Assembly: GCA_963793265.1 (NCBI GenBank)
Contig: CAWBZI010000001.1
Location: 1,408,001 to 1,472,000 of the forward strand
From: an uncultured cyanobacterium
GTDB lineage: Bacteria; Cyanobacteriota; Cyanobacteriia; Phormidesmidales; Phormidesmidaceae
DNA length: 64,000 bases
Direction: 5' to 3'
Shown: in pieces, positions 9,775 to 19,041 of the stretch
Numbering within the stretch: the first letter of the stretch is position 1
How the letters are laid out: each line of letters opens with the position of its first letter
The notes under the pieces: generated by a model
Told to the model about the DNA's origin: nothing
The model's database searches: none
Seen by the model: the letters and a program-made list of their open reading frames with translations, nothing else
Translations under genes and position numbers: made by a program

Positions 9775-11529
9775 GTGTTGGCGGATATGGAGCAGATGGG
9801 TGAGCGAGTAGAAGAAACGGCTCAATCAGCTAGCGAGCAGCGCTTCCAAGCTTTCATGGACAACTCGCCCAATTTAGCTTTTGCAAAGGAGGCAAGTACG
9901 GGCCGAATTGTGTATGTCAACCGGCCCTTTGAAACCTTTTTTCGGATTAAAGCAGCCGATATCATTGGCAAAACTGATTTCGACTGGCAGCCTTTAGAAA
10001 TCGCTCAGCACAATCAGCAAAATGACCGCGAGGTGGCGGAATCGGGTCAGTCTATGGAGGTGATTGAAACGGTTCCTGATGCGAACGGTACGCCGCAAGA
10101 ATGGCGAGTGCTTAAGTTTCCATATCGCGACGCGAACAATCAACTGTTTGTCGGTGGCATTGCGGTCAATATCACCGAGCAAAGGTGCTTAGAACGGCAG
10201 CTCTATCAGCAGGCTAACCACGACGAACTCACTCAGCTCGCCAACCGCAGACAGTTTGAGCGAGAGCTAACTGAAATGCTGCGGCCTAGAGAAAAGGTGG
10301 GCGTACTGTGCTATTTAGATCTCGATCAGTTCAAGCTGATTAACGATAGCTGCGGTCATGCGGCGGGCGATCAGCTATTGCAGCAGGTGGCTACTATTTT
10401 GACCAAGCAGGTGCGAACCAGTGATACGGTGGCTCGCTTAGGCGGCGACGAGTTTGCGATTCTCTTACGGCAGTGCTCTTTGGGGTTTGCGCGCGAAATT
10501 ACGAACCTTATGTGTCAACGAATTCGTGCGCTACGCTTTGTTTGGCAGGGTAGAACGTTTTCCATTGGGGCGAGCATTGGGGTTGTCGCGATCGCCTCAG
10601 AGAATGACGATGCCGCCGAAATTATGGCTGCTGCCGATGCCGCCTGCTATACCGCCAAAAAGACAGGTCGAAACCGCGTGCATGTTTATAATGCAGATGA
10701 TTTGAGCCTGTCGCGTCAGCGCGATCAGCAGCAGTGGTGTCTCAAGATTGACAGGGCGCTCGAAGAAAATCGCTTTCAGCTTTATCATCAGCCTATTGTG
10801 CCGGTAGGAATAAGCGATCGCCCCTACCTTCACACCGAAATCCTACTCCGCATAAAAGACGAACAGGGCCAGCTCATCGCGCCTATGGCCTTTATCCCTG
10901 CTGCCGAACGCTACCACCGAATGTCTTTGATCGATCAGTGGGTCGTGCGTCACTGTCTTGCAGAGCTAGGTCGAGATAGCGCTAATCAAGCAGGAAGTGG
11001 CGCACAAGGCAACCGAAAGCAGCGCAGCAAGTCATCCCATCGGCTCTATAACATAAATCTTTCAGGCGCTAGCCTCAGCGACAAACAGTGCTTAGCCACG
11101 CTCAAAGCCACCATTCAAGACAGTCGCATCAACCCTGCGCTACTTTGCTTTGAAATCACCGAAACTGCCGCCATTTCAAATCTTCGAGACGTCACCGTCT
11201 TTATGGCTACGCTCAAGCAGATTGGCTGTCAGTTCGCACTAGATGACTTTGGGAGCGGCATGTCTTCTTTTGGCTATCTCAGACAGCTCCCTGTGGACTA
11301 CATCAAAATCGACGGCAGCTTCATTCAAAATATAAAAGACCCGCTCAACGTTGCCATCGTGGGGTCGATTTGTAGCATTGGGCGAGCGATGAACTTTCAG
11401 GTGATTGCAGAGTCAGTAGAAGACAACACCACCCGTCGCAAGCTCAAAACGCTGGGCGTAGACTACGTACAGGGCTACGGCATTGCGACACCTGCGCCTT
11501 TTTCGCTAGCTCACAAGAGTGCTGCCTAA
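9775..11529 (+). CDS. PAS-GGDEF-EAL diguanylate cyclase/phosphodiesterase
   Basis: PAS_4 N-terminus; RTSD I-site + RLGGDEF; EILLR, EITET, DDFGSG, KIDGSF. Confidence 0.93.
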   Translation: MLADMEQMGERVEETAQSASEQRFQAFMDNSPNLAFAKEASTGRIVYVNRPFETFFRIKAADIIGKTDFDWQPLEIAQHNQQNDREVAESGQSMEVIETVPDANGTPQEWRVLKFPYRDANNQLFVGGIAVNITEQRCLERQLYQQANHDELTQLANRRQFERELTEMLRPREKVGVLCYLDLDQFKLINDSCGHAAGDQLLQQVATILTKQVRTSDTVARLGGDEFAILLRQCSLGFAREITNLMCQRIRALRFVWQGRTFSIGASIGVVAIASENDDAAEIMAAADAACYTAKKTGRNRVHVYNADDLSLSRQRDQQQWCLKIDRALEENRFQLYHQPIVPVGISDRPYLHTEILLRIKDEQGQLIAPMAFIPAAERYHRMSLIDQWVVRHCLAELGRDSANQAGSGAQGNRKQRSKSSHRLYNINLSGASLSDKQCLATLKATIQDSRINPALLCFEITETAAISNLRDVTVFMATLKQIGCQFALDDFGSGMSSFGYLRQLPVDYIKIDGSFIQNIKDPLNVAIVGSICSIGRAMNFQVIAESVEDNTTRRKLKTLGVDYVQGYGIATPAPFSLAHKSAA

Positions 11530-11565
11530 CAGTTGCTTGCTCAGAAAAGTGATAGGACGCGTAGC

Positions 11566-11799
11566 CTAACGAGCGCTTCTAACCACAACCCTTTGCGCCT
11601 GTTCTTGCGCTTGTTCTTGCGCCTGCGAAGGCTGAGAGTATGATTGCAGTACTGACCAGCAAAGCTTAATTGCCAAAATCGCCAGGCCACCAATGATCCC
11701 TACGGTGACCATGATCTCGGGCACGTGGAGAATCGATAGGGCTATGCCAACGGCAATGAGAGAAAGAATACTCTTGTTCACGGATCGTTCCTCCAGCAA
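11566..11799 (-). CDS. Small hypothetical membrane protein
   Basis: Two hydrophobic segments; QAQE tandem repeat near the C-terminus. Confidence 0.55.
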   Translation of the reverse strand: MLEERSVNKSILSLIAVGIALSILHVPEIMVTVGIIGGLAILAIKLCWSVLQSYSQPSQAQEQAQEQAQRVVVRSAR

Positions 11800-11995
11800 T
11801 AATGGCCTACATATTTCAATGCTAACGATAGAAACCAGTTACGATCCCCAAAGCGGCGAAACCTTAGTAACGCTTAACGTGTGTAGCGAAACTAAAACAA
11901 TTGGATACAGAAGTTAATGGAAAAAGAACACATAGCTCAATAGTAGCCTGAGAGAACATCTTTGGGTCACTCACTCAAACAGTCGGCTCAGTCTA

Positions 11996-12331
11996 TTAGC
12001 TCAAGTCAGCATCAATGGCTTCGGCATTTTCTTCACTGGGCACGTCGGTCGTAATTTTTAGATGAGCAACATTAACGATACCGACACCCACTTCTAGCTT
12101 CACGCGCTCGGTATTCATCTGCTTGGCCCGAACCTGATCTCCAGCCACCTTCAGAATATCTAGCGCCTGATCGACCGCCGTCTGAATGGCCTCTTCAGTG
12201 GCTTCTTCAGCACCGCCCGTCATATTAGAAACGGTGCTAGCCACGTCACCACCCGCTTTCTCAACGGCATTGGTGACTTTGTTCATAAGTTTTTTGCTCT
12301 GTTGAGAAATATCGGAAGAGGCCATCAACAA
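11996..12331 (-). CDS. Hypothetical protein
   Basis: 111-aa ORF with protein-like composition downstream of prfC. Confidence 0.65.
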   Translation of the reverse strand: MLMASSDISQQSKKLMNKVTNAVEKAGGDVASTVSNMTGGAEEATEEAIQTAVDQALDILKVAGDQVRAKQMNTERVKLEVGVGIVNVAHLKITTDVPSEENAEAIDADLS

Positions 12332-12436
12332 GTACGCATAGATAACAGCAGCTAAACGACTCGCGTCTAACTGCTGCTTACTATCGACGAGTCCTCTTAC
12401 CGTTGCATCAACCTTTAGCTAGAGCTACAGGATTAG

Positions 12437-14107
12437 CTAGATGTCTTCTGGCTCCATACCTGCGACCACAGGGGCTGTCTTGCTCAGCTTTAGCTCAGGA
12501 TGATCGCTTTCAGTTTGGCGGCAGTTCCACTCATTTTTAAACAGTAATACGGGGCGACCATAGCTGTCTTTCACAGTCGCCGTGTTGAAAATACGTCCAG
12601 CTTTCTCTATCGCTGGCCATCCACCCGTCGCCCAGCGCGCCACACTGTAGCCAATCGGCTCTAATAGCGTCTCCACGTTGTACTCATTCCTGAGTCGAAA
12701 CTGCACCACCTCAAACTGAAGCTGACCCACCGCCGCCAAAATCGGATCTCTGCGGGACTCATCGGCAGAATACATAATTTGCACCGCACCTTCTTCTCTC
12801 AGCTCAGAGACACCTTTGCGAAACTGTTTGAATTTTGAGGGGTTTGGGTTCTTGAGATAGGCAAACATTTCGGGAGAGAAGAAGGGAATGCCTTCGTACT
12901 CCAGTTTTTCGCCCTGGTAGATGGTGTCGCCAATGGCAAATACGCCGGGGTTGTTAAGTCCAATCACGTCACCAGGGTAGGCAACTTCAAGTGATTCTCG
13001 CCCCTGGCCAAACAGCTTTTGGGGGTGAGAGAGGCGCACGTTTTTGCCGGTGCGAGCATGACTGACTACCATGTCTTTTTCAAACTTGCCAGAGCAAACG
13101 CGGATGAATGCAACGCGATCGCGATGCCTTGGATCCATATTGGCCTGAAGCTTGAAAATGAAGCCCGAAAATTCTTCATTTGTAGGCGGCACTGAGCCAA
13201 TTGTGCTCTCATGAGGGCCGGGCTTAAGACCGTAGTCTAGGAAAGCCTCCAAAAATAGCTCAACGCCAAAGTTCGTCATGGCGCTGCCAAAAAACACAGG
13301 CGTCATCTGGCCCGCGTGCACCATTTCAAGATCCAAGCTAGGGCCAATCTCATCGAGCATTTCTAGCTCTTCTAGAAACTGTTCGTATAGCTCGGTGGTC
13401 ACTAGCTCCTCAAGGCGCGGATCGTCCAGATCGAGCACAGTGTCTTTCGCTTCTTTACTGCCGTGCGCGGTACGCTCGAACAGGTGCACTTTGCGTTTGC
13501 GGCGATCAAACACGCCTTTGAATCTGTCGCCTATGCCAATCGGCCAGTTCACCGCATACGTGGTTAGCCCCAGCTCCTGCTCAATCTCATCTAGCAGCTC
13601 AAGCGGTTCGCGCCCAGGCCGATCCATCTTATTAAAGAAGGTAAAAATTGGCATGTCGCGCATTCGACACACTTCAAAGAGCTTTCGCGTTTGCGGCTCT
13701 AGCCCCTTCGCAGCGTCTTCGAGCATCACCGCATTATCAGCAGCAGCTAAGGTGCGATAGGTATCTTCACTAAAGTCTTGGTGACCGGGCGTATCGAGCA
13801 GATTTATTCGGTAGTCGTCATAGTTAAATTGCAGCACGGTCGAGGTAATCGAAATGCCTCTTTGCTGCTCTAGCTCCATCCAGTCAGAAACCGCGTGTCG
13901 TTGCGCTCTGCGGGCTTTTACTGAGCCTGCCTCATGAATGGCTCCCCCATAAAGCAGCAGCTTCTCTGTCAGGGTCGTTTTACCGGCGTCAGGGTGGGAG
14001 ATAATAGCAAAATTGCGCCGCTGCTCTACGGCTTCGGCAATCTCACTGCTGCTTTTATCTACGCTGCTTTTATCTACGCTGCTTTTATCTATAAGAGTGG
14101 AGGTCAT
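12437..14107 (-). CDS. prfC: Peptide chain release factor 3
   Basis: [44 protein letters not shown]. Confidence 0.98.
   Translation of the reverse strand: MTSTLIDKSSVDKSSVDKSSSEIAEAVEQRRNFAIISHPDAGKTTLTEKLLLYGGAIHEAGSVKARRAQRHAVSDWMELEQQRGISITSTVLQFNYDDYRINLLDTPGHQDFSEDTYRTLAAADNAVMLEDAAKGLEPQTRKLFEVCRMRDMPIFTFFNKMDRPGREPLELLDEIEQELGLTTYAVNWPIGIGDRFKGVFDRRKRKVHLFERTAHGSKEAKDTVLDLDDPRLEELVTTELYEQFLEELEMLDEIGPSLDLEMVHAGQMTPVFFGSAMTNFGVELFLEAFLDYGLKPGPHESTIGSVPPTNEEFSGFIFKLQANMDPRHRDRVAFIRVCSGKFEKDMVVSHARTGKNVRLSHPQKLFGQGRESLEVAYPGDVIGLNNPGVFAIGDTIYQGEKLEYEGIPFFSPEMFAYLKNPNPSKFKQFRKGVSELREEGAVQIMYSADESRRDPILAAVGQLQFEVVQFRLRNEYNVETLLEPIGYSVARWATGGWPAIEKAGRIFNTATVKDSYGRPVLLFKNEWNCRQTESDHPELKLSKTAPVVAGMEPEDI
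14048..14091. repeat. 15-bp tandem repeat x3 (GCTGCTTTTATCTAC) encoding DKSSV in the RF3 N-terminus
   Basis: Directly visible; in-frame repeat. Confidence 0.9.
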
Positions 14108-14353
14108 AGTTGGCGCTGTAGCTTAGTTGCACTAATTGTAATGCTTAGTGTGAAGCGATCACGCCATCTAATACGGCGGAAAACCGTGCATAGTCTGAAT
14201 AAGGATTTAGCAGAAATGAAGGGCTTTGTTGGCTGAGGTGTTTGTTGTTTTGAGTGCTTAGGCGATCGCACGGGACTCTTAGAAACCTTTCCGATCGCGA
14301 TTAAGCCTCTGGTAGAGATTAATAATTATCTTTTACATAAACCAGCTTTAACA

Positions 14354-14584
14354 ATGAATCGATTAACCGTTTCTCTACCAGATAACGTTCACGCTCGGCT
14401 CAAGGATTTGGCCAAGCGTGAAGGGGTTTCGATGAACCAGTATGTCGCCTACGCGATCGCCCATCAGGTTGAAACGCCAGAAGGAAGCTCACCATTAGGC
14501 GATTTAGACGATCTATTAGATGACTCCGACGAAGCCGACGTGTCTTATCTATGGCCAACAAAAGCGACAGGTAGACGCGTTTAA
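14354..14584 (+). CDS. Ribbon-helix-helix (HicB-like/CopG) antitoxin-type protein, orphan
   Basis: RLTVSLPDNVHARLKDLAKREGVSMNQYVAYAI. Confidence 0.75.
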   Translation: MNRLTVSLPDNVHARLKDLAKREGVSMNQYVAYAIAHQVETPEGSSPLGDLDDLLDDSDEADVSYLWPTKATGRRV

Positions 14585-14760
14585 GCGCTAGGTCTAGAGA
14601 TTTTTTGATTGTCAGAAGCTGCTTTCTCAGCGCGGCTGTCGAGAATGCCGAATACGAAAGTAGGCAGCGTGAGCACCGCAATAAAGCCCGCCGCGTAGAC
14701 GGCAACTTCTAGGCCGGAAGGGAGATGGATGAAGTCGGAAATGGTGGTGTATGCGAGCAT
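14581..14760 (-). CDS. Small single-TM hypothetical protein
   Basis: AGGAG RBS upstream of ATG at 14760; hydrophobic segment VAVYAAGFIAVLTLPTFVFGIL. Confidence 0.55.
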   Translation of the reverse strand: MLAYTTISDFIHLPSGLEVAVYAAGFIAVLTLPTFVFGILDSRAEKAASDNQKISRPSA

Positions 14761-14957
14761 GAGAAGTTTCTCCTGGTAGGTAGGCCATCTATTATTGATT
14801 AACAGAAATAGCCACAAATAATTGAGCGATGGTGATGTGATAACACACCTTGCAGGTGGCTGCGCGCTGGTTGCAACAGATTGTGTATGTCATTTTTTTG
14901 ACTGTTGTTTACGTTGCTTATTATTCTGTTATTTAGCGCAAACATTTAGCGTCACAG

Positions 14958-15296
14958 TTAAAGAATAACCATGAGTAAACTGAGTGCAATAATCGTGAAT
15001 ACCACAATCCGAAAGCCATATTTTCGCTGCCAGGGAATGTGATAAATCTCTTGGCGGGTAGGCTCTGGCGAGGCGTTTACATCCTGATAAAGTGTGCAGG
15101 TCATGGCGGTAGGTCGCTTAGGGAACGTGCAGCTATCGTCTTTGTCATAAAGGCAGGTGGCACACAGCGGCTCTGCGCCCGTAGCGCGCTGTAATGTCAT
15201 GCCCGCATGACCATGCGCTGCCAGGGTTAGCTGGCAGTGGGGGCACTTGACTGCGCTGCTAGAGATGAGGCGATCGCACCGAGGACATTGCGGCAT
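14958..15296 (-). CDS. Zinc-ribbon membrane protein
   Basis: CPRC...CPHC and CATC...C...C motifs; C-terminal TM. Confidence 0.8.
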   Translation of the reverse strand: MPQCPRCDRLISSSAVKCPHCQLTLAAHGHAGMTLQRATGAEPLCATCLYDKDDSCTFPKRPTAMTCTLYQDVNASPEPTRQEIYHIPWQRKYGFRIVVFTIIALSLLMVIL

Positions 15297-15388
15297 GAGG
15301 CAAAAGAGGCGATCGCAATAGCGCGCCCAACAAAAGGTTAATGTGCCTCAATAATGCCGCATTCGTTAACCCTATGTGTAGCTTGTCG

Positions 15389-17112
15389 TCATGCGACACT
15401 CTCAACAGCTAGCAGTGAAGGCTCAACGAATGGATCAAGCTGAAGATTGGCCAGAAAACTACTAGAAGACGATGGTGCTGTGTCGCTCGGGAGACTTTGA
15501 CCCGCACGCTCTAGCAGAGGAGCCTCTACCCGTTGAGCTGCGACCTGCTGTTCACCCCTGACCAGCAGATCATTCTCGTCAATCGCAACAATCTCAATCG
15601 CCTTGATCGCTGGGTGCTGAGACTTATGAATAAATTCCAGGTCGATCGTGCCGTCGCTGGTGATCCGCTGAGTGAGCACCGAGGCTTTATTGAGCTGATT
15701 GCCGCCGAGCTGGAATGTATCTATATTGGCAAAAGTCTCAGGGACAGTGCCGTCTACGCTGATGTCGAATATGCGAGCGCCCGAGCGATCGCCACTATTA
15801 TTCAAATCAGGCAAATTCGCATAGCTTTCCGACAGATACAGCTTTACCTCAACGTTCGTTCCAGCTTCCACATCAAAGGCCCACTGCATTTCGCCCGCCG
15901 CATCGTTGTCTCTATCCCAGCGCTCTGTGTTGAACAACGTAGAGGGGCCCGCAAGTGAGGGTAGCGAAGAGATATTTGCCGGGGCAGAGGTTTGAGTGCT
16001 GTTGTTAGAGCCCGCATTGGTAAAAAAAGGTGGCGGCTCGGCAACAGGGCTACCGCTGACTGCGGTAATCTCTATCTCATCAAAAACAGCCTGAAACGTA
16101 TTCGCCGGAGGTGCGCCTGTGTTCGTCGAAAACAGTCCAACCGCCAGCCCTGAAGACTGACCTTGCACCGTATAGTCTCCTTATTATCGCATTAAGCACA
16201 GACGTGCCATTTGGTACGTTAAGAAGGCTTGGAATGTTCGTCGGCTGTCCGTCCGCTCCGTCGATAGGATTGCCGTCTAGATTAGCGTTTGAGCCGTTAT
16301 CAACGGTATAGAGCTGACCGGATTGCGAAATGACCAAATCAAACGGATTGCGAAAGCCATCTGCATAAATTCTTAGCGGCGCATCGGCAGGCAAAATGGA
16401 CATGTTAAGCCCGTCATTACCACCCCACGGCCCGGCCACGTCTAGTCCGTCGCCATTTTCGCGATCGCCATCATTCGCCACCGAAGGGTCGTCTAAAGTT
16501 GGCAAATCGTATATGTACTGCCGCGATGCACCATTCTGTCCACCTGCTGGATCGGTTAGAACCGCTCGACTGTTGATGTCATTGAGGTCAATTTCTAACA
16601 CCGCGCCCGACAGCGCATATTCACCTGTGTAGGAGAAAACCTGGAAGGCGCGCCGTTGTTTGTATTACCACCCTGAGCGACATAGAGCTTAGTACCGTCT
16701 GGGCTGAGCACCAGTCCGTTGGTCGAGTGGTTTTGCTCTGAGCGTGGCAGTCCTCTGACAATATCGACCGCCTGCCAACTGCCACCATTGCGGGTGAGCC
16801 TGGTAATTACACGCTAATCCCATTGGCCGAACCATCATCATTGTGGTTCTGAATTGCCTTAACCAAATTAATTTCTTCAGCAGCAGTTGCAACATACTGA
16901 CCGTTTTGCAGCTCAACAGTGAATGCATTGATCGCGCCGTTCTGTTCAGAAACATAGAGCCTGCCATCGGGGCCGAACTGAAGCGATGTAGGGTTGCTAA
17001 GCGGACTCGACCCGTTAATAGCCGACTGAAACTGACCTGCTGAGCTGAAGCTGATATCAACCATTTCGCTGAGCCCTGGATAAGGAGTAGATGCACCGGA
17101 GGCATCCAACAA
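15389..17112 (-). pseudogene. Fragmented large secreted beta-propeller (sugar-dehydrogenase-like) + malectin-domain protein
   Basis: Consecutive fragments in different frames: NPTSLQFGPDGRLYV / VRGLPRSEQNHSTNG...LYVAQGGNTNNGAPS / YADGFRNPFDL...VDNGSN / malectin LFNTERW...VKLYLSE...GARIFDISVDG...PAIKAIEI. Confidence 0.8.
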
Positions 17113-17256
17113 GACGCATCAACTTAATTTGGTGTTCCAAGTCACCGTTTTTCCAGCCCAATCTGAGCCCAGAATCATACGGTAAACCGCCTGTAAACCC
17201 AGAGAATAGTTTGTCAAAATAGGGATGTAATTTCTACGCTGCCAGGAGCTTGCGAT

Positions 17257-17580
17257 ATGGACACCTCGAATCTACTCAGACAGCTATTAATGGTGGGCGT
17301 TGGCACCACCTCATTAGTGGCCGAACGGGTTAAAAAAATGAGCGAGGAGCTAGTGCGCGATGGCAAGCTTGATCCCGATCAGGCAAAAGGCTTTGTCGAT
17401 GACTTTATGTCTCAGATGAATATCGATCAGGCCACCATTGAAAAGCAGATGCAACGACAGGTGCGTAACATAATGCAAGATTTGGGTGTGCCCCGGCAGT
17501 CGGAAATGGATGAGCTACGCGGACGGCTCGATCGCTTAGAAAGACAGCTCCGCGATCTAGAAAATAAGAACTGGAGCTGA
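17257..17580 (+). CDS. Phasin-family / polyhydroxyalkanoate-associated protein
   Basis: LLMVGVGTTSLVAE...ELVRDGKL...LGVPRQSEMDELRGRLDRLE; AGGAG RBS. Confidence 0.82.
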   Translation: MDTSNLLRQLLMVGVGTTSLVAERVKKMSEELVRDGKLDPDQAKGFVDDFMSQMNIDQATIEKQMQRQVRNIMQDLGVPRQSEMDELRGRLDRLERQLRDLENKNWS

Positions 17581-17703
17581 GCTTAGATTACGTCATTAAG
17601 ATCGCGTTCTAGTTTCCAATTCTTAAGGGCGGCTACATCTCGCTCAAAACCGTCGTACACTGTGCGAGGACACCAAAGATTTATCGACACCTATTGATTA
17701 AGT

Positions 17704-18273
17704 ATGAGAGAAATATTAATTAGCTTTGGCGTGGTTGTCGCTTGCTGCGCGGTGCTGCTAGTCGCTCAGTTCACAGGCGGCGATAGCGAAACAGCGGTTG
17801 CTGGCGATACGTTGCAGGCTCCTGCCGCGCAGACTGAGACGCTAATAGCTCAGGGCAGCGCGAGTGATTTGGTGACAGGCAGTACTACAGGAGGAGACGC
17901 GGTGACAAACCCACAGGCAGACGCCAACAATATTGTAACGACTGATTCGGGCCTTAAGTATGAGGTGATTGCAGAGGGCGATGGGGCTAAGCCTCAGCCA
18001 GGCAATCGCGTGTTTGTGCACTATGTTGGCACGTTAGAAGACGGCACTAAGTTTGATAGTTCGCGCGATCGCGGTCGTCCTTTTGATTTCACTATCGGCC
18101 AGGGCCAGGTGATCAAAGGCTGGGATGAAGGCGTTGGCGACATGCAAGTCGGCGACAGACGCAAGCTAATCATCCCTCCCGAACTCGGTTACGGTGCTCG
18201 TGGTGCAGGCGGCGTCATTCCCCCGAATGCAACTCTGATTTTTGATGTAGAGCTGCTGCGGATTGGTAGCTAG
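17704..18273 (+). CDS. FKBP-type peptidyl-prolyl cis-trans isomerase
   Basis: [52 protein letters not shown]-terminal signal/TM. Confidence 0.97.
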   Translation: MREILISFGVVVACCAVLLVAQFTGGDSETAVAGDTLQAPAAQTETLIAQGSASDLVTGSTTGGDAVTNPQADANNIVTTDSGLKYEVIAEGDGAKPQPGNRVFVHYVGTLEDGTKFDSSRDRGRPFDFTIGQGQVIKGWDEGVGDMQVGDRRKLIIPPELGYGARGAGGVIPPNATLIFDVELLRIGS

Positions 18274-18300
18274 TCGATAGAAGTTTATTTGCTCAGCCGA

Positions 18301-18351
18301 AAGCCCGTACTTCTAGAGCGTTTGCTTTAAAGAGGTACGGGCTTGTTTTTT
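18301..18351 (+). terminator. Rho-independent terminator after the FKBP gene
   Basis: AAGCCCGTAC...GTACGGGCTT inverted repeat followed by a T-run. Confidence 0.75.
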
Positions 18352-18446
18352 GTTTAGAGTGCAACTGGTACTAATGAGAGCAGTGCACAACAACATGCAA
18401 CAAGAAACATCAAAGGTAGCTATCTATCTTCATTCTTTATTGCCGC

Positions 18447-18929
18447 CTATGTAGTTTGACAAACTATTAAGTGATCGCCTGCCGGGCAGATAATATGGTT
18501 CTTTTCAAGCCGTTCTTGGCTGTCTAATGTTAGTGAAAACTCTGTTCCTTTAACTCCCTTTATAGGTATGTCATTCATTGGGACTTTTGACCAATAGTAG
18601 CGGCAATTCCAAAGTGCATAGAGCCTAGTGATCACAAATTTATCCGAAGGTGATAACAAACCTTTACTTTGCAAAATTCGATCAACGACATTCTGAAATT
18701 CATCTTCTATTTCTTTGCCATAGCCTTTCTCAGCTCGTTCGTCCCACTTACGCCGAGCCCAAAATATTTTGTCGTTGGGTCTAGCGCTGCGTCTCTTCTG
18801 CTGCTGAAACATGTAAATATCTACAAGGCCATCTTCCTTGCAAAATCTACTGATACTACGACTTGGAAAGATATGTTGTAGAAGAGACAATTCGTAAGGA
18901 TTTCCCGTTTGTGTAGGTTCTGACTTCAT
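18447..18929 (-). CDS. AT-rich hypothetical protein, DUF4238-like N-terminus, probably truncated
   Basis: NPYELSLLQHIFPSRSISRF...WDERAEKG...IEDEFQ resembles DUF4238 starts; short for that family. Confidence 0.5.
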   Translation of the reverse strand: MKSEPTQTGNPYELSLLQHIFPSRSISRFCKEDGLVDIYMFQQQKRRSARPNDKIFWARRKWDERAEKGYGKEIEDEFQNVVDRILQSKGLLSPSDKFVITRLYALWNCRYYWSKVPMNDIPIKGVKGTEFSLTLDSQERLEKNHIICPAGDHLIVCQTT

Positions 18930-19041
18930 TCAGTGATCTTTGATGACTCTTACAATGGAAAAGCACAGATAACCTTACTTCCAAGATGTTCAGGTTGGCT
19001 TCTAAAGCTGAATCTCTTGAACAGATAAAACTCAGCGTCCA

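Noticed and set aside
9775..11529. EIL instead of EAL as a sign of an inactive phosphodiesterase
   Set aside because: ExL keeps the catalytic Glu and the DDFGSG loop is intact; this is an ordinary variant
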